DNA of 63,797 nucleotides, the filler included, from Octopus bimaculoides (lineage: Eukaryota), in NCBI RefSeq assembly GCF_001194135.2. It is 7 parts of 6 records of this genome, joined end to end, with 100 filler letters (N's around TTAATTAATTAA, not from the genome) between each part and the next. Parts side by side here need not be neighbours in the genome. Positions count along the whole stretch, not along the records: positions 42,797 to 56,291 come from NC_068999.1; positions 56,392 to 63,797 come from NC_068998.1; 5 more parts are not named here. One strand, written 5' to 3'. The position numbers and the translations under genes are program-made. This document shows positions 55,075-63,797 of this stretch, piece after piece; position 1 is the first letter of the stretch; each line of letters opens with the position of its first letter. Under the pieces are notes generated by a model, which searched no databases, was not told the origin of the DNA, and saw only the letters and a program-made list of their open reading frames with translations.

Positions 55075-55333
55075 TACATTACTTACCTTTGACGGATATT
55101 TGTCCTTATCTTGTTTGTTGTTAACAACGTTTCGGCTGATATACCCTCCAGCCTTCATCAGGTGTCATGGGGAAATTTCGAACCTGGGTTCTCATTCCTA
55201 AGGTGTTTTTCGATGTTATTATTATCATTATTATCATTATTATTATTATTATTATTATTATTTGGATCACTGCTTGGAATCGAACTCAGAATCTTGGGGT
55301 TAGTAGCCCACGCTCTTAACCACTACGCCATAT
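55075..55333 (-). mobile_element. tRNA-derived SINE-like element carrying a hammerhead ribozyme
   Basis: Minus strand, in order: TGGCGTAGTGG (A box)...GAGTTCGATTCC (B box), an (AAT)n tract, an ~125-bp body containing the hammerhead, and an AATGTAAAT-like tail. It is inserted into another SINE (54822-55432). Confidence 0.7.
55123..55166 (-). ncRNA. Minimal type I hammerhead ribozyme motif, second copy (stem I weakened)
   Basis: Minus strand: GACAC CUGAUGA A GGCUG-GAGGGUAUAU-CAGCC GAA ACGU U GUUAA. Stems II and III are identical to the 38.9 kb copy; a 2-nt deletion falls in the 3' strand of stem I. Confidence 0.7.
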
Positions 55334-55617
55334 ACTGACCTTCGTTAAACAACCTTGCCCGGACTTGTGCCTCGGAGGGTAACTATCTAGGTGCAATCCC
55401 ATGGCCATTCTTGACCGAAGGGGATCTTTGCCCTGTTAATTAACCCATAGAAGGGACTCTGAAATGTCCCTACACTCTCCTGGTCAGAACACAGGAACTC
55501 TCGAACAAGGACCCCCCCCCACCACCACACATAACCGGAAGCGGTTTAGTTGTACTCAGAGTATTTACTCTAGCACTCACATCATGGTATAAAGGAACTA
55601 CCACACATTTTCGACTC

Positions 55618-55763
55618 TCAGTCATATTTTGGTAAACATGCAGCTGCCTGTATTTCTGCAACTAATTCTTGGTTCTTATCTTTAACCGTTTCTTCATTGC
55701 TGTCTTTTCCACAATAAACATTTTTTTCTGGATTCTCCGTAATCCATTTAATTCCATTCAACG
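55618..55763 (-). CDS. Candidate terminal coding exon of an unidentified gene
   Basis: ctaat...ttaacAG|cg then LNGIKWITENPEKNVYCGKDSNEETVKDKNQELVAEIQAAACLPKYD*; unique sequence between SINEs; no homologue recognised. Confidence 0.28.
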
Positions 55764-56006
55764 CTGTTAAATAATTCCAGTATTAGAATTTATCTAAAGC
55801 ACCAAGCTTGCAGAATCGTTAGCACGCCGAGCAAAAATGCTTAGCGGCATTTCGTTTGTCTTTACGTTCCCAGTTCGAATTCCAGCAAGGACGACTTTAT
55901 CATTCTTTCAGAGTCGATAAAATAAGTACTAGTTGAGTGGTGGTGAGGGGGTGTGTGTATCTATATCTACCTACCTACCTACCTACCTACCTACCTACCT
56001 ACCTAC

Positions 56007-56066
<60 letters not shown>

Positions 56067-56224
56067 ACGACGAGCTTTTTCAGTTTTCGTCTACCAAATC
56101 CACTGATAGGCTTTGGTTGACTCGAAGCTATAGTAGGAGACACTTGCCCAATGTGCCACGCAGCAGGATTGAACCCGGAACCACGTGGCTGGGACGCAAG
56201 CTTCTTACCACACAGCCATATAAT

Positions 56225-56291
<67 letters not shown>

Positions 56292-57201
56292 NNNNNNNNN
56301 NNNNNNNNNNNNNNNNNNNNNNNNNNNNNNNNNNNTTAATTAATTAANNNNNNNNNNNNNNNNNNNNNNNNNNNNNNNNNNNNNNNNNNNNGAAGTATGA
56401 AGAGAGGTGAAGAGACTTACAAAGAAGTAGGAGTCAGAGCAGGAGGTGGGGGAGGGGAGAGATTGGTGGTAGGAGGGAGGGTGGGCGAGAGAGACAGGAG
56501 GAGGGGGTTAGATGAAGAGTGGAGGGGAGTTGAGCCCATGTGGCGCAAAGGAGCGAAGATAGAAGATTAATCCCTGTTCACGGCGCAAATATATATATGT
56601 ATGTGTTTTTGTGTCCCCACCATCGCTTGACATCTGATGTTGGTGTGCTTACATCCCTGTAACTTAGCAGTTCAGCAAAAGAAACTAATAGAATAAGAAC
56701 TAGGTTTACAAAGAATAAGTCCTGGGGTCAGTTTCTTCAGACTAAAACCCTTTATGGTGGTGCTCCAGCATGGCTGCAGTTAAATGGCTGAAGTGAGTAA
56801 AAGGATGAAAGAAAATGTGTGTGTTTGTATGTGTGCGTATATATATGTGTGTATGTGTGCATATATATGTGTGTGTGTTGTGTGTGAGTATATATCTGTG
56901 CATATTATGTGTGTGTATATAAACTATACATTAGCCAACAGCAATGGAAGGCCACATTCCAGTCTGGGTAGATTTTAATTAATTGGCTCAAGAATGTTAA
57001 TTAGTATTGTGGTCAATTGATACAATTTGGCCTCATCTACACCAGACTGACCAGTTGGACAACAGCTATTTATATACACATACACACTCCTGTTGGTGAG
57101 TGTTTGTGTATGCATGAATATGTGTATGTATGCTTTTGCATGTGTATATGTACATTCACACAAATGCATACATACACACACACATATATACATGTATCCA
57201 C

Positions 57202-57264
<63 letters not shown>

Positions 57265-57668
57265 GTCTGTGTGTGTATATGTATATATGTTAATGTTTGC
57301 TGTTATGATCCGTATTAATAATAATTTTACATTAGTCTGATGGGTTACTTTATACTTTTGTAGAATACAAATTTATTATTCATGAATAAGATTATCATTG
57401 TCAGTGGCTATGAAGCTTCAGTTAGCTAAGTAGTCCAACAAATGGCTGGCCGAAACTTCAAAGTCACTATTAGTAATTTTCTTGTTTAAGAATAACACAC
57501 ACACACACACAGGCGCGCACACACATTCATACAGTGAGTCAGAGTGAGTCTGTTCTGTATGTTTGTAAAATATGAATGTTAATATCACAATAGTACTCAA
57601 TGTTTGGAGATAGAGCTAATGAAAATAAGCATGCCGTAGTTAAACAACTAAATATACTGATAAGAACT

Positions 57669-57700
<32 letters not shown>

Positions 57701-57884
57701 GGTTATGAAGGGTAATGGAGTCAACCAGACCCTAATGATACAATATACATGGATATTTACTGTTGGAATGGAACTATACTCCAAGTACTTTTTCTTCTTT
57801 GTTTTTTCTTCTCCGCATCGCTCTCATTTCTTTCTGCAGATCTACTCATACAGATGTAATAATCTCTATCTTATACTATTACCA

Positions 57885-57931
57885 TCTCTGATGAAGGGAT
57901 ACATTGTACATTCCCTGAAACAGCTGTAAGA
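57885..57931 (+). ncRNA. Hammerhead ribozyme motif of a different family (Penelope-LTR-like)
   Basis: UCU CUGAUGA AGGGA-UACAUUGUACAU-UCCCU GAA ACA-GC-UGU A AGA. It has an intact core, a 5-bp stem II, a palindromic helix III (ACAGCUGU) and a GUA triplet, but only 3 bp of stem I. Confidence 0.6.
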
Positions 57932-58574
57932 CATTCTACATAAAATATAAATTTACTTATGCCATTGATCTCTTTATCTCATTCTTATATATATATATAT
58001 ATATATATGATGATGATTGTAATGATGATTTATTACAAGCACAAGCATAGCTTTATGTGATTCCCAATCATATGGTTTTGGGTTCAGCCCCAGTGTATGG
58101 CACTTTGGGCAAATGTCTTCAACTGTAGCCTTGGGCTAACCAAAGCCTTGTGAGTGGATTTGGTTAACAGAAATCAAAAGAGGTCCATCGTGTGTGTGTG
58201 TGTGTGTGTGTCTTCAACAAGGGTACACACATAATAATAATAATAGATAGAGAGGTGAGTTCTTAACTTTTGTATACGATTGCCGCAATCCATCACTAAG
58301 GCAAACATAGCTGACGTAATCCATCACTACGGCCAACTTAATGACAAAAAGCGCAACTCGAAAGTAACTTACTTACTGGTGCTTTGAACAATAATTCGGC
58401 ATCTCGCGTGCCTTCCACAGGTTCAAAATAAAATAAATGTCAGTCTAATTCACTTTTTAGTTTATATAAAGGACTGGTAACTCAACAGAAATATAATAGA
58501 TAGAGAGGTGAGTTCTTAACTTTTGTATACGGTTGCCACAGTCCATCACTGAGTTACCAGTCCTTTATATAAAC

Positions 58575-58610
<36 letters not shown>

Positions 58611-58667
58611 TAATTATGCTATTTTCAATGATGACAATAATAATACTTTTTTTATTTCATGTTACAG

Positions 58668-58723
58668 GGCCTTATTTGGATATGTAGGGACGTCTGATGT
58701 TTTGAAAGTGGTTGAAAGAGGCT
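58668..58723 (+). CDS. DBNL: Drebrin-like/Abp1 protein, internal ADF-H domain exon (56 bp)
   Basis: ttacAG|g gcc tta ttt gga tat ... aga ggc t|GTaagt translates as (W)ALFGYVGTSDVLKVVERG(S), matching the ADF-H segment WALFTYEGNSNDIRVAGTG of DBNL as recalled. Canonical AG/GT sites, and the phase joins in frame to the exon at 61349. Confidence 0.88.
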
Positions 58724-59284
58724 GTAAGTACAACTCTTCTTCACTATAATTGTTTGGATTGGCAGAAATTGTCAGAGCATCGGACATTTTGGTGGAATTG
58801 ATAAAATAAAATACACTTCAAGTACCGGAGCCAGTGGTTTGGTAGAGTCGGTAGAGCATTGAATATAATACATGTGGTATTTCTTCTAACCCTTTAGGTT
58901 CTGAGTTGAAACCATGATGATGTCATCATTAAATTTTTTCTTTTTTTTCTGGGCGCCAAAGCATATAGTACCTGTCAAGTACTGGGGCAGGGGGGTCATT
59001 AAAATTCCAATTACCATCCTTATTCATAATGGTATAGTTTTACTTTGGCAGAGACCATCAGTAATGTGTGTTGGGTATGGAATAATAGGTAGAGTACCAG
59101 ACTAAATGCATATTAAGTTCAAGCCTTGTCAGGATCAATAAAATAGTAAAGACCCCCTTCAGTCATGAATGATCTGGGGATTGCACCTAGAAAGTACCCC
59201 TCTGAGGCATAAATTTGGGCAATTAAATACTACATTTTTATAACTATATTTAAAGGTTACAAGTGAGTTGAACGCTAAAGATTG

Positions 59285-59572
59285 TTTGCCAACATAACAT
59301 GGCAGTCCTGGTTTAGGATGAATGTTGCTGTAATTTAGCCCCAGGAGACATCATCTCCAGCTGGCTATACAACACAATCTGTGTCCTTATATTTTCGAAC
59401 AAGGGAATCTAGGACCCCCACTCAGCTCATTGCGATTTGGGGTGATAGATTCCCTTGTTCGAAAATATAAGGACAGAGATCGTGTCATATAGCCAGCTGG
59501 AGACGATGTCTTCTGGGGCTAAATTACAGCAACATTCGTCCTAAACCAGGACTGCCATGTCATGTTGACAAA
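59285..59572. mobile_element. Fold-back MITE, ~125-bp inverted arms, inside the DBNL intron
   Basis: AACATAACATGGCAGTCCTGGTTTAGG... / ...CCTAAACCAGGACTGCCATGTCATGTT with an ~35-nt loop. Confidence 0.8.
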
Positions 59573-61348
59573 AATCTCTACTCCAAAGTACTGTTGCTGA
59601 ATATCTCACATTGTGAGATTTAAAAATAGTAATTTTCTGAATTGAACACTTACAAAAGGTTTTCAAAACCACTATCCATCCAATATAACCTGATAATCTA
59701 ATATATATATATATATATCCATCCATACCATATCTAAAATAGTGCACAAACACTTACACACACACACTCATGCACACACACACATACATAAACACATGCA
59801 GAAACACATGTGCACACACATGCACAAATGTACACAAACACATACACACAAACATGTGCACAAAGACACACACACACACACACGTTTCAGTTTCGACCTC
59901 CCATATCCACTTGCAAGGCTTTGGTCAGCTCAGGGCTATAGAAGAAAACACTTGCTTCACAGTGGGACGACCACAGACCATGTGGTTGGAAAACAAGCAT
60001 TTTACCACACAGCCACACCTGCATCTATTGGAAATATTGGATAATGTGGCTGTGAATGCAATGTCCATTTGTATAGTTCCTTCTTTAACCTTCTCCACAC
60101 TTTTGTCACAGTTTTTCACCCCACCCACATGTTTTCTCTACTGCAGCTCCAGGTGCTTCATGTTGCCTTGAGTGGGGGTGCTTGAAATAAACACTTTGCA
60201 AAGTTTATTTCTGCTACTTTAAGCTGGAAGCAGCCTACTTTCAATTCAGAGCAAGGCTAAGCTTCCGTTTTCCGATACCATTTTCGTTGTTTATTTACTC
60301 ATGATGAGGCACACAAACTTTGAAATCAGACTGGCAAGTGTTCTCGCCTAAACTGTGCTGTTTATGTCAACACATTTGCATTTTAAGCTTTTTTTTTTTT
60401 TGATTCTCTTTTCAATGTCAGAATGTGCATACAGAACAAAATGCATTACATCAAAATATTATTCATGCATTCCTATATTAGTATACGTGGAGGCACAATG
60501 GCCCAGTGGTTAGGGCCATATATATATATATATATAAAACCAAAATACAACAGGTATGAACAATAAGCCTAGGACATCACAGTATATCTAGTGAGACATC
60601 CCATTCTTTATGCATGTACCTGATGTGACACAAACTACACAAACGGATGCAACACTAGTTGATGGCAAAATCCTACCCAAAATGGACAGTTGCAGGTTGA
60701 AACGATCGTTGTTGCACTGAATAAAGACTACTGTTAAATCTATCTTCCATTTTCTTCTTCAATTATTATTATTATTATTATTATTTTATGTTTGACTTTT
60801 GTTTTGCATTTGTACAAGTTGGATCCAAGTCTCACCCAGAGACCTCAAGAGACAACAAGTTAGAAGTTCATGTAGGTGTTATGCCTAGGGTACCATATAT
60901 TTAGATTTGTACATAGTGTTGTTCTAGAGAATGTTTAAGAAACCATAAGAAAATTATGTGTTTGTTTTAAAATTTGAGATCACAGATTATTATTATTATT
61001 ATTATAATATATATCATCATCATTATTTAACATCCTTCTTCCATGTATGCAATATTTATAAATGCTTGTTTAATAAGTTTGTTTAATTGATACACTTAAC
61101 ATTTTACTGGCTGAAAGACTGCAATGCAGTTTAGGTGAAATAATATTTAACAGTAATAGAATTTGTTTACATTGTGTTTTCTTTTCCATTAAAACTGACT
61201 TCTCAAATCATTTTTATGAGTGAATCCTTTTTATAGTTTCTGTCCTCATTCTCCTTCTGCCTGTCTTTGTCTCTTATTTTTCTTTCTCTCACCTTCTCTG
61301 TTGTCTCTCTCACTCACTGACTCTTTCTCTCTTTATCTCACCGTGCAG

Positions 61349-61461
61349 CTGATGGCATCGAAGAATTAGTTGATGAGGTCAACAGCAGCAAGGTCCAGTA
61401 TGCCTACTGTCGAGTTAAAGATCCAAACACAGATCTCCCAAAATATGTCCTTATCAACTGG
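61349..61461 (+). CDS. DBNL: Drebrin-like/Abp1 protein, internal ADF-H domain exon (113 bp)
   Basis: Polypyrimidine tract + gcAG|ct gat ggc ... aac tgg|GTaag gives (S)[37 protein letters not shown], closely matching [37 protein letters not shown] of DBNL/Abp1 as recalled. Confidence 0.93.
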
Positions 61462-61734
61462 GTAAGAACTTTTCTCAGTTTGGAAAATTATGTACAAATT
61501 CTTCTCTTATTCTTTCACCGATTCCAGTTGTTGGATCATGGCCATGCCGGGATTCCATTTTCAAAAGCTTTACTCTGTTATATCAATGTCTTTATTTTAG
61601 TTCAATACTCATTTCATTGATCATTATTTATTGACTAGCTGAGTTTTATAATGCATACATGCATATATATTTATATACACACAGATATTTATATACACAC
61701 ACATATTAAAGCTATGAGATAATACATGGATGGC

Positions 61735-61948
61735 TGTTGCCAGTACTGCCTGACTGGCCTTTGTGCCGGTGGCACATAAAAGCACCTACTACACTTTCGG
61801 AGTGGTTGGTGTTAGGAAGGGCATCCAGCTGTAGAAATTCTGCCAGATCAGACTGGAGCCTGGTGCAGCCATTTGGTTTCACCAGTCCCCAGTCAAATCA
61901 TCCAACCCATGCTAGCATGGAAAGCGGACATTAAACGATGATGATATG
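61735..61948 (+). mobile_element. RTE 3'UTR fragment
   Basis: GTTGCCAGTACTGCCTGACTGGCC...AGGAAGGGCATCCAGCTGTAGAAA...CCAACCCATGCTAGCATGGAAAGCGGACATTAAACGATGATG, homologous to 62460-62682. Confidence 0.82.
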
Positions 61949-62197
61949 AATAATGTTTATATGTACATATAGGCATATATGAATATATACATATATATTT
62001 GGAGTCAACAGATGAGATCCAGAGATGCTCAATATAGAAAGCACTCAGATGATTTGAACTTACACTCTGAAATCTTTACTGAGTACTAAGTCTGCAAAGT
62101 AATCAGTAGCTATGAGAGGAATCCAGGTGAGCAGATATGGAGATAATGATGCAAATAAACAAATAAACGCACTTGGGCTTGATAAATGAGATATACG

Positions 62198-62682
62198 GTG
62201 AGAATGGATGAGGATAGCTGCCTGAAAAAGTGCCACACCCTAACAGTTGAGGGAACCCGTGGAAGAGGTAGGCCCAGGAAGACCTGGGCTGAGGTGGTGA
62301 GGCAAGACCTTCGTACATTGGGCCTCACCGAGGCGATGACTACTGACCAAGACCTTTGGAAATGTGCTGTGCGTGAGAAGACCCGGCAAGCCAAGTAAGA
62401 TCGTTGCCAGTGCCCCTGGACTGGCTCTTGTGCGGGTGGCACATAAAAGACACCATTTCGAGCGTGGCCGTTGCCAGTATCGCCTGACTGGCCTTCATGC
62501 AGGTGACACGTAAAAGCACCTACTACACTCTCTGAGTGGTTGGCGTTAGGAAGGGCATCCAGCTGTAGAAACTCTGCCAAATTTAGATTGGAGCCTGGTG
62601 TTGCCATTCGGTTTCACCAGTCCTCAGTCAAATCGTCCAACCCATGCTAGCATGGAAAGCGGACGTTAAACGATGATGATGA
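62198..62682 (+). mobile_element. 5'-truncated RTE-clade LINE (ORF end + 3'UTR + (GAT)n tail)
   Basis: VRMDEDSCLKKCHTLTVEGTRGRGRPRKTWAEVVRQDL...DQDLWKCAV* is the RTE C-terminal GRPRKTW signature. It is followed by a 3'UTR ending CCAACCCATGCTAGCATGGAAAGCGGACGTTAAACGATGATGATG. Confidence 0.88.
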
Positions 62683-63752
62683 TATATATTTGTGAATAGA
62701 GAGAAACAAAGACAATAAACATTCATGTAAAAATATATAGACATTTATCTGTTAACAGAGTACAAAGACACAGGAAATTAAGGGGAGAAAGTATGGTTTA
62801 CAGGTCCGACAGCTGTGGTTTTCAATAGGGCCAGAGAAAGAGGGAAGGAGACGAATGGGGAGTGGTATTTGAATAGGATAGTATGGAGGGAAGGTTGGGG
62901 AAGAGTATTTGTGGTTGATAGGAAGTGTTTTGAACGCTAGAGCTGTATTACTGCACCAACGCCCGCAATTCTAACATCAGATTTTGCCTCCTGTTTCGCA
63001 TCTCTCATGAATACAGTTCTCAGATACTTAACAGCCATCTCCACTTATCTCATTAAGTGAAATGTATATGCGGAATATATAACTAGTGGAATAGTAATGG
63101 AGTGTATATATGTATGTATATTTGTTTATTCCAAGTTGTAGGTCATAGTTTTCCTCTTAAGTTGCTGAAATTTGGTACAGGAGAGCGTTTTTGTGAAAGA
63201 GAAGGATGTGACTTTTAGGCTATATATTATTTCTATCTATTATCTTTCACTTGCTTCACTCATTAGACTGTGGCCATGCTGGGGCACCACGCTGAAGGGT
63301 TTTTTTTTAGTCAAATAAAATCAACCCTGGTACTTATTTTTAAGTCTTGTACTTATTCTCTTGGCCTCTTTTGCGAAACTGGCAAGTTAGGGAGATGTCA
63401 ACAAACCAACACTGGTTATCAAGAGGTGGGGGAACAAATACATACACAAAGACACGCACACACACTTATACAATGAGCTTCAATGAGCTTCCACAAACAT
63501 TCAATCTACCAAATTCACTAACATGGCAGTGGTCAATCAGGTGCCATTTGTGTGAACTGGGGTCATGTGTACATGCCACCAGCATTTGTGTAACACTGGT
63601 ATCTGCCATGACTGCAAATATGCTCAGCTTGATTGGTCTTCTCAACCATGACACAACGCCAAAGGTATTGGTCATTGCGTCCAAGGGCCAAAACTCGAAA
63701 GGCTCAATGCTTGAGAGGAACTCAATCTCCTTGCCTCCATGAGGCCCAACAC

Positions 63753-63797
<45 letters not shown>

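Larger units (their letters stand above)
54822..55432 (+). mobile_element. tRNA-derived SINE, family B, split by the hammerhead element
   Basis: Aligns to 20056-20385 on both sides of the 55075-55333 insertion. Confidence 0.75.

Noticed and set aside
57735-57875. Minus-strand frame DYYICMSRSAERNESDAEKKKQRRK as an exon, or plus-strand 57840-57925 as DBNL exon 1
   Set aside because: The charged residues come from a pyrimidine tract, the acceptor is poor, the plus-strand peptide lacks ADF-H similarity and the Trp split, and the region is better explained as a hammerhead-bearing repeat.
62790-63060. Possible Penelope RT-to-GIY-YIG linker (AFK...SCRTCKPY) on the minus strand
   Set aside because: Similarity is too weak to support without a search.

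Overview
Repeat-saturated, AT-rich animal genomic DNA with many N gaps. The SINE, RTE and microsatellite content looks like an octopus genome (inferred from repeat families recalled from the literature, not from a database search). The only confidently recognisable host gene is a drebrin-like/Abp1 (DBNL) gene on the + strand, seen as two canonical ADF-H-domain exons (58668-58723 and 61349-61461). Its first coding exon was not found and later exons probably lie beyond the window. Most of the rest is tRNA-derived SINEs, microsatellites and decayed transposon fragments: Tc1 transposase, a CR1-group LINE endonuclease, Helitron helicase and 5' ends, a CRE-type RLE non-LTR element, Ty3/gypsy pol, two R4-type RLE fragments, RTE 3' ends and three long fold-back MITEs. 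The most interesting signal is a set of minimal type I hammerhead ribozyme motifs. Two of them (38906-38951 and 55123-55166, - strand) sit in a repeated element built as tRNA-like Pol III head + (AAT)n + hammerhead + short tandem tail, i.e. a candidate ribozyme-bearing SINE. A different hammerhead lies in sense orientation just upstream of DBNL exon 2. A 62-bp double-hairpin unit from the RTE 3'UTR is expanded into a tandem array at 26.1-27.2 kb. Six TTAATTAATTAA words centred in 100-bp N gaps are assembly linkers, so adjacency across them is not guaranteed. Almost all ORF-track entries are microsatellite or N artefacts. All coordinates and structures were read by eye; repeat boundaries are approximate.
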